Shown here one piece after another: positions 38,412 through 48,453 of a stretch of DNA of 64,000 nt. Origin of the DNA: Candidatus Amesbacteria bacterium GW2011_GWB1_47_19 (GTDB taxonomy: Bacteria > Patescibacteriota > Microgenomatia > CAZETR01 > Amesbacteraceae). The translations under genes were made by a program, and so were the position numbers. The stretch is from NCBI GenBank assembly GCA_001002325.1, contig LCNZ01000001.1, forward strand, positions 3,773 to 67,772. The letters run 5' to 3'. The notes beneath the pieces are model-generated. The model had not been told where the DNA came from. It saw nothing but the letters and a program-made list of their open reading frames with translations, and ran no database searches. The stretch's first letter is position 1. Every line of letters starts with the position of its first letter.

Positions 38412-40110
38412 TATTTTTTTTGAAAATAATGACTTTGGGGTGGTCGTAGACCGTAAAGGTCTCGTCGGCGTAGTCGTCTACAAAATTGATTCCGGGTAAC
38501 GGGCATTCCTGGGAGGCGCGGGTGACGACCCCGTATTTTATAAATGGCGGAGTAAGGCAGATATGTGTTCCCGGTAAGGGCAGATTCGGACGGGAGGTGA
38601 ACTCGGCGATCTTTGAAAAGCCCAGATTATCGGCAAAAAGGTCACGGTAAAAAAGATTGGTAGCGGGATAAATTTCGGGGACAGTCATGATTGAACCGTA
38701 GAGGCGGTTGCTGGAAAGAATAATATAATCCAACCCGGCCAAGCGGGTAGCCATATCCTGCCACTTCTCGGGCGTGTCTTGGGCATAGAGAGGAAATTCG
38801 ATAATCCGGTACGGAGCATTGTATCCCAGAGGCAGACAGTCGTCCCAGTGTTCACAAGAGATACGACTGCCGGGAGGTATATGAGTGTTGATCCAGGTAG
38901 ATGCGCTAACCCGGGAGTGCGGCCGGGAATAGATGGTTATAAAAGCGAGTGGCCATATTAAAGTCAGTGGGAGGGTAAGGGTTAGAATATGAATCCGATA
39001 TCGGGGGAGACGCGACAGCAGTTGGAAAAAACCAGATCCCGAAAGAACTGCTAAAAACGGGAAAGCGGGATAAAAATAGCGGATGGGTTGGGCAAATTGG
39101 GTAGAATAATAGATAAATACACCCAGAATCCAAAGAAGCGGTAATATAAGGAGGGGTTGGTATTTCAGGCGGTTGACGAGCTGTAAAAGAGAGAGGAAGC
39201 TGATAAGTGCCAGGGGTACACCCAGACCCCAAAGAATAAGATTTTCCAGCGAATATAAGACCGGACGGGTGTGAATCCACTGGATAGCCGGGGGGAAATA
39301 ACTATCGGCGCGGCTCATGTTTTTTAGCTCCTGCCAATTAGTCAGGACCTTGGAGTTCAATGAAAAAGACAAGAGACGGGAGTCGGCGAACAGGTAGGGT
39401 TGAGCCAGGCGGACAGTGAAATAAAAGGAAATGACGATGGTGATTAGCAACAACAACCATTTGAATAAATTGCGGGTACGGAAAAAATAGACTATTAAGC
39501 CAAGGGCGATTATCGGGAGAAAGATGCTGGCGGAGATTTTGGCGGCAATGGCCAAGCCAAAAGAAAGGCCTAAAAGATATGGAAAAGGAGAGATGAGAAA
39601 ATAAAAGGATAAAACAAGGAAAAATACCAAGAAGGTATCGACGGCAAAAAAATGGGCCAGTTGGATCGGCAGAACTGAAACAGAGTAAAAGAAGGCAGCC
39701 AGCAAGGCAGGCGAAGCCCTGCCGGTCAGGCGGCGGGTGATAAGAAACACCAAAATGGCAATACTCCAATCGAGAATGGCTGAGGTGTACCGGCCGGTAC
39801 GCATGATCGATCCGTAATCACCTGAAGACAGTTTACCGGCCAGAAATTTAACCAGATGAACAGGGTATGTACCATAAACGAAGAAATTGTAACCCCGATT
39901 GTGGGGGTTGGCTGGGGAAGATGAAGTATCAAAATAACCGGAGACGGAACCGGGGAAAGAGATGTCGTTGGCTACCATTACCAAAAAGCGTTCATCGGGA
40001 TGTAAACTATATCCCTGATCCCATTTGAGTCCATAAAGGCGGAGGACTGCTGCCAGAAATAATATAACAAGGAATAACAGAATGACGCGAAACTTCATGA
40101 GAGCGGGCAA
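38401..40110 (-). CDS. GT-C fold membrane glycosyltransferase, PMT/ArnT-like (GT39/GT83-like)
   Basis: The first loop carries HPDERF after TM1, and many TM helices follow. It is 569 aa. Confidence 0.5.
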   Translation of the reverse strand: MPALMKFRVILLFLVILFLAAVLRLYGLKWDQGYSLHPDERFLVMVANDISFPGSVSGYFDTSSSPANPHNRGYNFFVYGTYPVHLVKFLAGKLSSGDYGSIMRTGRYTSAILDWSIAILVFLITRRLTGRASPALLAAFFYSVSVLPIQLAHFFAVDTFLVFFLVLSFYFLISPFPYLLGLSFGLAIAAKISASIFLPIIALGLIVYFFRTRNLFKWLLLLITIVISFYFTVRLAQPYLFADSRLLSFSLNSKVLTNWQELKNMSRADSYFPPAIQWIHTRPVLYSLENLILWGLGVPLALISFLSLLQLVNRLKYQPLLILPLLWILGVFIYYSTQFAQPIRYFYPAFPFLAVLSGSGFFQLLSRLPRYRIHILTLTLPLTLIWPLAFITIYSRPHSRVSASTWINTHIPPGSRISCEHWDDCLPLGYNAPYRIIEFPLYAQDTPEKWQDMATRLAGLDYIILSSNRLYGSIMTVPEIYPATNLFYRDLFADNLGFSKIAEFTSRPNLPLPGTHICLTPPFIKYGVVTRASQECPLPGINFVDDYADETFTVYDHPKVIIFKKNNAL

Positions 40111-41690
40111 TTCCGATTAACTGAAAAAACACGGATACCGGAATCGGGGTTTTGGTAAACCGGAATGAACACGGTGCTCCAGAGATCCCAGTTGGGGGAA
40201 AGAAAGCCCTCCGGGTGGCGGTTGAGTTCGACATAAGCAATCCCGTACCGGTGCAAAAGTCGGCAAGCTTCAGTTTTTGAGACTGCGGAATAAACTGACT
40301 GCGTCTGTCTTTCCCGGGTAACCTGGTCATAACCGTAAGACCAGGTAAAGTAGGAGTAACCATTGAAAATCGGCCGACCGGCCAGAGAGGCGGGATGGTA
40401 TAGCCAGGTGCTGTTTAAAACGACGTCGCGGGGGGAGGTGGAAGTATAGAAAAAGGCGACATCTGGGTCGGAACCGATATCGGACAGCAGGAGTTTCTGG
40501 TCGTTTTTTACGGGAAAGAAATCGACAATTCCACCCATTACCAGGAATATCAGTAAGGCCGGTGTGATAATTTTTCCGACCCAGCCGGTGCGGAAAAGAG
40601 TGATAATGAAATGGGCTGAAAAGAGAAAACCAAAAAGCAGAAAGAAGTTGAAAAACTTGTGATTGTTGATCATGTCCGGGGAAAACTGCCAGATATTGGG
40701 GATGATGAACAATATGACCAGAGGGATAGCCAGCGCTTTGACCCGACGAGGGCTAAATATAAAACCTAAGGGAATTAGCACTGCATGAAGCCCGAAATTA
40801 TAAAACCAAAAGGTAATCCAGGAAATCCATGTTACCGGCTGAGGTGTCAGGAAGCCGGTTTTGATAAATAGAGAGGGGGTAATATGGACGGTATATCGGA
40901 AAAGTGAAAACCCGGGAAGAAAACCGAACATGGAATATATCAGGGGAAGGCGGAGGCGGGGACGAGCCAAGAAAAACCAGGCGACAAAGAGAAGGCAGAT
41001 AGCGAATACCGCATGATTGAGCAGAAGGAAGACGCCCAAGATAAAGCCTGAAAAATATGTCAATTTACGGTTTCCGGTAAACAGGATCCAGATTAATAAC
41101 AAAGCCAGAGCAAAAGAAGGAGCCAGATGCCGCTGATTGGTAAAAATATTTAAGTTCCAGAAAGCGGTGATTTGACCCCCGTCCCAGGGTCCGAAATTGG
41201 GAAATCTGGAGTTGGCGGCTATCTCAGACAATGTTCGGGTTGATAACGGGTGAAGTTTGAAAAATTTAATATAAGAGAGAGAGCCGTTGAAAAGGAAAAA
41301 CAAAACCGCGAGCAAGCCGGTGACGGTGGAAGAATAAAAATTTTTTCCCAACCGGATAAGAAAATGCAGAACCAGAAAAAATCCCAGGGCGCTGGGAATA
41401 TTCATGGCCCAGTCGAGACGAAGGCCGGATCTTTCCAGTAAACCAACCGCGATATAGAAAAGCGGGTGGTAGCGGATAGGTTCACCGGGGAAAAGCGGAT
41501 GTTCGACAGGCCAATTAAACCCGTGCGAAAAGGAACGGGTGAGCGGGATAAGTGCGCCAAAATCACTCCAGACCTTGTCGGAAATTACCAAAACCTGCCG
41601 GGAAGAATTGTAGGAAAAAGTGTGCCACATCAGCCAACACGAAAAAGCCAGAAGTACGCAATTAATTAAGAGTGTAACCACGCGGGCCAT
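40095..41690 (-). CDS. Polytopic membrane protein (531 aa), GT-C-like
   Basis: It has 12 or more TM segments and is operonic with the PMT-like gene. Confidence 0.35.
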   Translation of the reverse strand: MARVVTLLINCVLLAFSCWLMWHTFSYNSSRQVLVISDKVWSDFGALIPLTRSFSHGFNWPVEHPLFPGEPIRYHPLFYIAVGLLERSGLRLDWAMNIPSALGFFLVLHFLIRLGKNFYSSTVTGLLAVLFFLFNGSLSYIKFFKLHPLSTRTLSEIAANSRFPNFGPWDGGQITAFWNLNIFTNQRHLAPSFALALLLIWILFTGNRKLTYFSGFILGVFLLLNHAVFAICLLFVAWFFLARPRLRLPLIYSMFGFLPGFSLFRYTVHITPSLFIKTGFLTPQPVTWISWITFWFYNFGLHAVLIPLGFIFSPRRVKALAIPLVILFIIPNIWQFSPDMINNHKFFNFFLLFGFLFSAHFIITLFRTGWVGKIITPALLIFLVMGGIVDFFPVKNDQKLLLSDIGSDPDVAFFYTSTSPRDVVLNSTWLYHPASLAGRPIFNGYSYFTWSYGYDQVTRERQTQSVYSAVSKTEACRLLHRYGIAYVELNRHPEGFLSPNWDLWSTVFIPVYQNPDSGIRVFSVNRNCPLS

Positions 41691-41744
41691 GCGGATTAAA
41701 TTCTATCATCGAACTTATACCCGGCATACGGTTATAATCACACT

Positions 41745-43874
41745 GTGGGACAGGATGTAGTAATAATTTTGAGATGGTGGCTGGTTTTGGCCGGGGTCGG
41801 TGTGGCGGGATGGCCGGTAGCCAGAATGCTGTTTCCAAAATGGGGAGATGAGGGTTATTTCTCAGGCAAAATTATCGGTCTGGCCGGAGCCAGTTATCTG
41901 ATCTGGTGGCTGGGAAGCCTGAAGGTTTTGCCATTTACCTGGCTGGCAACTTTGGGGGCGGTGGCTGCTGTCGGCGCTGCTGGTTGGTGGTGGAGCAATA
42001 AAAGCCGGCTTAATTGGAAAAATATTCCTTTGAAAACCATAGCTTTTGAAGAAACGGCCTTTTTGGTAATTTTATTTTTCTGGAGCTGGGTTAAAGCCCA
42101 CGAACCGTCTATCAACGGTCTGGAAAAACTTATGGACTTTGGTTTTATGCGATCGATATTGAGGTCTACCTACTTTCCCCCGGCAGATATGTGGTTTTCA
42201 GGTCTGACAATAAATTACTACTATTTCGGCCACCTGATGGTGGCATTTATAACAAAATTGTCCGGAATTAACCTGGTGTATACATTCAATCTAATGCTGG
42301 GGACGATACTGGCCTTTGCTGCAACGATGAGTTATTCAATAGGTCGGGAACTATTAAGACACTTACCTAAACGATGGATGACGGGAGGGGCGATATTTAT
42401 CGCATTTTTGGTGAGTCTCTCAGGCAACATGCAAACGATTTATGCCTTTACTAAAGGGTACTGGGCGGAAATACCGCCTCCTTTCTGGACCATCTGGTCG
42501 GACTTTTCCAGCTGGAAAAATATCACAGACGGCTGGCACGCTTACTGGTATCCTAATGCGACCAGATTTATACCATATACCATCCATGAGTTTCCCAGCT
42601 ATTCGTTTGTGGTGTCGGATATCCATGGGCATGTATTGTCCATACCTTTGGCTTTATTGGCTATAGCTATGTTAGTAAATATTTTCCGGAGGGAGGAGAA
42701 AGAAATGCGATGGTGGGAGGGAGCAATTTTCGGAATGACGGCAGGTATGGCTTTTATGACTAATGCGTTGGACGGTCCGATATACCTCGGGCTATTTTGT
42801 ATCATGATTATCTTTTCAAGCTTAAATTTCCAAGTCGCAAACCTCAAACAATTGTTCAGAACTAAAATTATCAAAGGTCTGGCGGGGAAAATAGGAATAG
42901 TGGTACTGGCATTTGTGATTACAATCCTGCCTTTCATGCAGAATTTCAAATCGTTTGTGACGGGAGTGGCGGTTAATTGTCCGCCGAAGGAATTGGCCAA
43001 CACCAAATTTGGGCCGATCCTGTTTGAGGAAGTGGAAAAGTGCCAAAGGTCACCTCTGTGGATGATTCTGGTTTTGTGGGGGTTTTTTGCATATTGCGCC
43101 GGAAGTTTGTGGTTGTTTAAAGGTGACTCCAGGGAAAAATTGACAAAACAGGTATTACTGGTATGGGCGGTGTTCAGCCTGGGGCTGATAATATTTCCCG
43201 AATTTTTTTACTTTAAGGATATTTATCCTCAACACTTCAGGAGTAATACGATGTTCAAGCTGGGTTACCAAGTGTTTATGATGATGTCGATACTCTCCGG
43301 ATATACAATTGTCCAGATAGCGAGGACGAAGAGGACGTGGATTAAATATGTGTTTCTGGCAGGAGTAGCGCCGATGGTATTTTTGGTATCCATCTATCCT
43401 CAGTTTGGAGTGAGGGCATATTTCGAAGATTTAAAAACTTACCGGGGGCTATACGGATTGAATTGGATGAAGGACAGACTACCGGACGACCTGGCGGCAG
43501 TCAACTGGCTGAATGAGAACATTCCGGATTCACGCCAGCCGGTAATAGTGGAAGCGGCCGGCGACAGTTATACGGATTATGAAAGGGTCTCAGCGTTTAC
43601 GGGCCTGCCTACAGTGGCCGGGTGGGCGGTACACGAGTGGTTGTGGAGGGGAAGCTATGATCCCATCGGCGGGAGAATCGAGGAAGTACGGCAGTTGTAT
43701 GAGGCAATAGATGAATACCAGGTGAAAACCGTGCTGAATAAATATAACGTTGAATACCTGATTATCGGAAATCTGGAGAGACAAAAGTACCCGAGTATGA
43801 ATGAGGAGATCATCAGGAAGACGGCGACACCGGTTTTTACGTCGGGAACGACGACGGTTTATAAAGTTGAGTGA
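41745..43874 (+). CDS. YYY-motif membrane protein (DUF2298 / chlor_Arch_YYY-like)
   Basis: LTINYYYFGHLMVAF is the conserved YYY motif as I recall it. It is a 709-aa polytopic protein with a C-terminal soluble domain. Confidence 0.5.
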   Translation: MGQDVVIILRWWLVLAGVGVAGWPVARMLFPKWGDEGYFSGKIIGLAGASYLIWWLGSLKVLPFTWLATLGAVAAVGAAGWWWSNKSRLNWKNIPLKTIAFEETAFLVILFFWSWVKAHEPSINGLEKLMDFGFMRSILRSTYFPPADMWFSGLTINYYYFGHLMVAFITKLSGINLVYTFNLMLGTILAFAATMSYSIGRELLRHLPKRWMTGGAIFIAFLVSLSGNMQTIYAFTKGYWAEIPPPFWTIWSDFSSWKNITDGWHAYWYPNATRFIPYTIHEFPSYSFVVSDIHGHVLSIPLALLAIAMLVNIFRREEKEMRWWEGAIFGMTAGMAFMTNALDGPIYLGLFCIMIIFSSLNFQVANLKQLFRTKIIKGLAGKIGIVVLAFVITILPFMQNFKSFVTGVAVNCPPKELANTKFGPILFEEVEKCQRSPLWMILVLWGFFAYCAGSLWLFKGDSREKLTKQVLLVWAVFSLGLIIFPEFFYFKDIYPQHFRSNTMFKLGYQVFMMMSILSGYTIVQIARTKRTWIKYVFLAGVAPMVFLVSIYPQFGVRAYFEDLKTYRGLYGLNWMKDRLPDDLAAVNWLNENIPDSRQPVIVEAAGDSYTDYERVSAFTGLPTVAGWAVHEWLWRGSYDPIGGRIEEVRQLYEAIDEYQVKTVLNKYNVEYLIIGNLERQKYPSMNEEIIRKTATPVFTSGTTTVYKVE

Positions 43875-43879
43875 GTAAA

Positions 43880-45418
43880 CTAGTTTTTAATTCCTGTTTC
43901 CAAAAAGCCCAAACCGGTGTACCCGGCATTGGTTATTCCTGAAAAATATGCACTGGGTTCGAAAAATGATTTGGGGCCGACGGTATAGACCTGATTAGAA
44001 GAGAAGGCAATTCCTTGGGGGTTCCCCAAACCCAACTGGTCGAACTTAAAGAGCCAGTTTGTGGGATAGCCTCCAGGACTATACGAATTAATGGCCACTT
44101 CTCCCCCGCCGCCACAGAAACTACTCCCGTTAAAATTCCTTTTCACCCAATAGTTATATCTGGGACCGGAAGTGAATATTTGGGTTACGAATGCTGCTGC
44201 TGCGTGAGCCCCCGAGTCGTATACACTACTCCCTGTAGTATAGTGGAAACTTGACCAGTAATGGCCTTTCCAATCAGAAGCGGGAAGGGAGCTGAACCAC
44301 TGGTGATCAAACCAGGCTTTCCCGGCCACAACCTTCCTGGTAACTTTGTTTACGTCGGTGATGGTGCCGGTGATATCCAAGTCGGGCATGCTGTAATAGA
44401 GAGTATCGAGGGGATTAAATACTGAAATACGGCCGGTGCATCCCCACAACAAGGGGGTGTTTCCTCCGCTTTTTACAGTTCTCTCTTTTAGTACCAGATT
44501 TAGGGTTCCCATCTGAGGAGTTGTTCCCGTGAGGGTGAATTGTTTGGCTCCATTGGCTAAAGGGGTTTGTTCCTTTAAAACCATGTACACTGAACCCGAA
44601 TAGTTTACTTGCAGTAAGTTGTTTATTAGATTCACACTAAGTTTACCCCCACCGGCAGTGGCTTGGGCAAATGATTTGGTAGTGTTATCAAACCGACTGC
44701 TCAGAAGTCCGTTTGTACCGAATATCCGGGAGAATGAAATCAGATACCCTAAGTCTTTTTGATTACTTCCGTTGATTTCAACAGTCCTGACCAGCAGATT
44801 TAAATACCACCACTCGTTCGAATACCCGGGGTGTGCCGCGTGATCTTTGGGGAAAACGACTGAAGGGAGAATTGAAAAACTTCTAACACATTTCGGATCC
44901 GCCAGAGAAAAACTTCCGTCAGTCAATCCAAAATAACCATTTACCTGGATCCGCATTGGGAATTGACTGCCAAAATTTTCATCCGGTCGGAATAAGTCGT
45001 CGTACTTTATGGTGAAAGTACAAGTGTTGTTGTTTTTGATACAGTCAGTCCGATGATAATGTATCCCAGAGAAATAAACAGGCTTGGGATTACCAGGGCT
45101 GAAGAGATTATCCAAATTATAGAAAGCCAACATGAAATAACTGATGGATGAAGCTGGTGGAGTTCCAGTCAAGGTGAATGTCAGGAAGTTGCCGGACGAG
45201 CTGTTTAAACTCTGCGAGGAAACAGTCAGACCTGAACAGACGGCCGAACGCGGAGCCGATTGTGCCAGGCTGGTATCCGGACCGAACGGAGAGATGGAAA
45301 TTCCTGAAGTTTGGGAGAACTGCCGGGTAAGGAGAATAACGATGATAGCGGTAATGATTGTAAATACAGCAGTTCCGGTTACTCCGCTAAAGCTTTTGGT
45401 TTGTCTGGATAGTTCCAT
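43880..45418 (-). CDS. AttH/CrtC-like (lipocalin-type) secreted protein; start taken at ATG 45418 (MELSRQ)
   Basis: HPGYSNEWWYLNLL and AWFDHQWF resemble the CrtC_N/AttH EWWY motif. An N-terminal TM anchor is present. Confidence 0.45.
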   Translation of the reverse strand: MELSRQTKSFSGVTGTAVFTIITAIIVILLTRQFSQTSGISISPFGPDTSLAQSAPRSAVCSGLTVSSQSLNSSSGNFLTFTLTGTPPASSISYFMLAFYNLDNLFSPGNPKPVYFSGIHYHRTDCIKNNNTCTFTIKYDDLFRPDENFGSQFPMRIQVNGYFGLTDGSFSLADPKCVRSFSILPSVVFPKDHAAHPGYSNEWWYLNLLVRTVEINGSNQKDLGYLISFSRIFGTNGLLSSRFDNTTKSFAQATAGGGKLSVNLINNLLQVNYSGSVYMVLKEQTPLANGAKQFTLTGTTPQMGTLNLVLKERTVKSGGNTPLLWGCTGRISVFNPLDTLYYSMPDLDITGTITDVNKVTRKVVAGKAWFDHQWFSSLPASDWKGHYWSSFHYTTGSSVYDSGAHAAAAFVTQIFTSGPRYNYWVKRNFNGSSFCGGGGEVAINSYSPGGYPTNWLFKFDQLGLGNPQGIAFSSNQVYTVGPKSFFEPSAYFSGITNAGYTGLGFLETGIKN

Positions 45419-45456
45419 CGAAGATTTGTTTATAATATGATACACCCCACAGAGGG

Positions 45457-46503
45457 CTACTTGAGGAGGGAGGAGACAAAACCGGTAACTATCTGAGAAT
45501 CGTTGTTTTTGGTAATGAGGACCCATTGGCCCCCATAGACTGCTGAGACGGGAGGATGGGAAAGTTGATCCGGTTCGGAAAGAGCCGCGGTTTTTAATGA
45601 TTGGCGACGGGCTCTGAAGGCGAGTTTGGCCAGAGCAAAATAGTACCCTTGGGTAATATCGGTGACTGATTCTGAAAGGAATAAATCATACAACTCACGA
45701 TAAACTGCGGGGTGGGTGATAATTTCCCGGGACAGCAGCCGGTTTTTGAACGCGGAAATAACCTGTTCCTGACGACGGTTGCGAGCGAAATCGGTACCTT
45801 CTTCGGGGTCAGCGGAATTACGGGAGCGAACGTATTTAAGAGCCGTGTTGCCGTCATGATGCTGCTGTCCGGCGTCGAAATGTACGTGTTCGTAACGGCA
45901 AAGATATTCGGGGTCCCCGGCGCATAAATCGTTTTCCTTACCCGGCAGGGGATATTTATAATCATCAAAAGAGCGGGGAATATCTAAATCTATTCCCCCC
46001 ACGAGATCAATGGCTTTGGAAAAGGTACCAAAATCCAGAACTACTGCCAAATGGACGGGCTGGTCGATGATTTCCGACACTGCAGCCTTAGCCAGAGTTA
46101 ATCCCCCGGAGGGACCTTGCTTTTTTTTGCCGTAATAGTAGGCAGTGTTAATCTTGGCCTTGAGGGAAGGAACCCAAATATCCCGGGGTAAGGACAGAAG
46201 GACAGGATCGGTACCCCGGGTGCGGATGGAAAAAAATAATATGGTATCGGTTAAATCCGGGGCTTCGTGCCCGTCGCCTCCCACTCCGAGGACAAGAATG
46301 TTGGTCCGCCCACCGGACGAAGGCAAGGCCATGGAGGAGAAGGACCGGATATAATAAAAGGGTGAACTTAAAACAAACCAGACCAGGGCAATACAGGCAA
46401 GCACAAGCACGACAAGCACTGCACGCATCAAGTTTACATGGGAAAGAAGTTGGCGCTTGAGTCGGTTGATTAGAGTAGGTATTCTGGTAAGCTGCATGGG
46501 CAT
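45457..46503 (-). CDS. LytR-CpsA-Psr (LCP) family glycopolymer ligase
   Basis: An N-terminal TM is followed by NILVLGVGGDGHEAPDLTDTILFFSI...LLSLPRD, the LCP core. Confidence 0.8.
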   Translation of the reverse strand: MPMQLTRIPTLINRLKRQLLSHVNLMRAVLVVLVLACIALVWFVLSSPFYYIRSFSSMALPSSGGRTNILVLGVGGDGHEAPDLTDTILFFSIRTRGTDPVLLSLPRDIWVPSLKAKINTAYYYGKKKQGPSGGLTLAKAAVSEIIDQPVHLAVVLDFGTFSKAIDLVGGIDLDIPRSFDDYKYPLPGKENDLCAGDPEYLCRYEHVHFDAGQQHHDGNTALKYVRSRNSADPEEGTDFARNRRQEQVISAFKNRLLSREIITHPAVYRELYDLFLSESVTDITQGYYFALAKLAFRARRQSLKTAALSEPDQLSHPPVSAVYGGQWVLITKNNDSQIVTGFVSSLLK

Positions 46504-48385
46504 GGAGATTTTACGGGAATTGAACCCGGCGCAACAAGAGGCGGTTAAGTTCAGCGGTGGGCCGCTGTTGATTTTGGCCGGGGCAGGAAGCGGAAAAACG
46601 CGGGTCCTGACTTACCGGGTAGCGTACATGATCGGTGAGGGGGGGGTAAACCCTGAGAATGTGCTGCTGCTGACATTTACCAATAAAGCGGCAGGGGAAA
46701 TGATGGGAAGAGTGGACAACCTGTTGGCAAGACACAAATCCCAAGCTATAAGTCAGAAAGTGACAGGAGGTACTTTCCATAGTTTTTGCGCCAGGGTGCT
46801 GCGCAGGTATGCGGATGAGGCGGGTGTTGACCGGAATTTCGTAATTTTTGACGAAAGGGACCAACTGGATACAGTAAGACAGGTTATGACGGTGCTGGGA
46901 ATTGATCCCAAAAGCATCAGGCCGGGATCGATTTTGGGGGCAATTGGAGGGGCAAAAAATGAGCTGATCGGTCCGGCCGAATACACATCTTTTACCAGGG
47001 GTTCTTTTACCAATACTGTGGCTCGAGTTTATCCTGTTTACCAGCAACTGCTGACTAAATACCGGGCTCTGGATTTTGACGATTTACTGGTAAAGACAGT
47101 TGCACTGCTGAAAAATGAACAAGGTGTACTAAAAAAACTGACAGGTCAGTTCAGATATGTTCTGGTGGATGAATACCAAGACACGAATAAAGCGCAGTAT
47201 GAAATCACAAAAATGTTGGGTCGGGGGTACAGGCAATTGACGGTGGTGGGAGATGCCGCCCAAGCCATTTATTCCTGGCGGGGAGCAGATTACCGGAACT
47301 TACTGCTGTTAAAACAGGATTTTCCCGACCTGACGATTTTAAATCTGGAACAAAATTACCGGTCGACGCAAAATATTCTGTCGGCGGCCAATCGGGTGGT
47401 AGCAAAAAATACTGACCATCCGATACTGAAACTGTGGACAGACAGGGGAGAGGGAGAAAAAATTACCGTGTACGAAGCTGAAAATGAGCTTATGGAAGCC
47501 CAATATGTATTAGATAGACTGACGAGTGATATATTCTCGGATTTTGCGGTATTGTACAGAACAAACGCGCAATCGCGGGTATTGGAAGAGGCCTTTTTAC
47601 ATGCCGGAATCCCCTATTCGCTGGTAGGCGGAGTCAGGTTTTATGAACGCAAGGAAATCAAGGATATACTGGCTTATTTACGATTGGTGGTTAATCCGGG
47701 GGATGAGGTGGCCAGAAAGAGAGCGGAAAAATCAGGTAAAACCAGGTTAAATAAATTTTCAGATACCAATTTTCAATTTTTAAAAAGAAAGACCCTGGAT
47801 TTATTGGATGAGGTGCTTAAGGTCACGGGATACCTGGATCAGTTTGAACAAATGGACGAGGAGGATGCCGCCCGGTTGGAAAACGTCAAGGAGTTGAGAA
47901 GTGTGGCGATGGAGTTTGACGATCCGGCTGAATTTTTGGAACAGATAACGCTTACAGAGCGGGAGAGTAGAAGAGCAGGAGAGTATAAGTCGGGATCAGT
48001 GACGTTGATGACATTACATGCAGCGAAGGGATTGGAGTTTAAAACGGTGTTTATGGTGGGGATGGAAGAGGGATTATTCCCCCATTCCAGGGCTTTTATG
48101 GACAGGGGTCAAATGGAAGAAGAGCGCAGGCTGTGTTACGTGGGCATGACCAGGGCCATGGATAAATTACATATGACATATGCCAGACAAAGGTTATATT
48201 TCGGACAGAGAACAAATAATCCGGTGTCGCGGTTTGTGGCAGATATTCCGGAAGATTATATTGTTGCCGGTAATGTCCGTTCGACCGGCAAGGCTGGATT
48301 TGCGAAACGATTTGAAAAGGAAAGCTGGGGTTTTGACGAGGAAGGAAACTGGAAATGGAAACCGGAGGAGGAGATAAACTTTTAA
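46502..48385 (+). CDS. UvrD/PcrA-family SF1 DNA helicase (short, no nuclease domain)
   Basis: The Walker A is AGAGSGKT and motif II is VLVDEYQDTN. Motif III VVGDAAQAIYSWRGA is uninterrupted. Motifs VGMTRA and VI follow. Confidence 0.85.
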   Translation: MEILRELNPAQQEAVKFSGGPLLILAGAGSGKTRVLTYRVAYMIGEGGVNPENVLLLTFTNKAAGEMMGRVDNLLARHKSQAISQKVTGGTFHSFCARVLRRYADEAGVDRNFVIFDERDQLDTVRQVMTVLGIDPKSIRPGSILGAIGGAKNELIGPAEYTSFTRGSFTNTVARVYPVYQQLLTKYRALDFDDLLVKTVALLKNEQGVLKKLTGQFRYVLVDEYQDTNKAQYEITKMLGRGYRQLTVVGDAAQAIYSWRGADYRNLLLLKQDFPDLTILNLEQNYRSTQNILSAANRVVAKNTDHPILKLWTDRGEGEKITVYEAENELMEAQYVLDRLTSDIFSDFAVLYRTNAQSRVLEEAFLHAGIPYSLVGGVRFYERKEIKDILAYLRLVVNPGDEVARKRAEKSGKTRLNKFSDTNFQFLKRKTLDLLDEVLKVTGYLDQFEQMDEEDAARLENVKELRSVAMEFDDPAEFLEQITLTERESRRAGEYKSGSVTLMTLHAAKGLEFKTVFMVGMEEGLFPHSRAFMDRGQMEEERRLCYVGMTRAMDKLHMTYARQRLYFGQRTNNPVSRFVADIPEDYIVAGNVRSTGKAGFAKRFEKESWGFDEEGNWKWKPEEEINF

Positions 48386-48453
48386 TTTCTAATTACTAAT
48401 TTCTAATTTCTAAATAAATTCAAAATTCCAATAATCAAACGTATAATTGGCAG

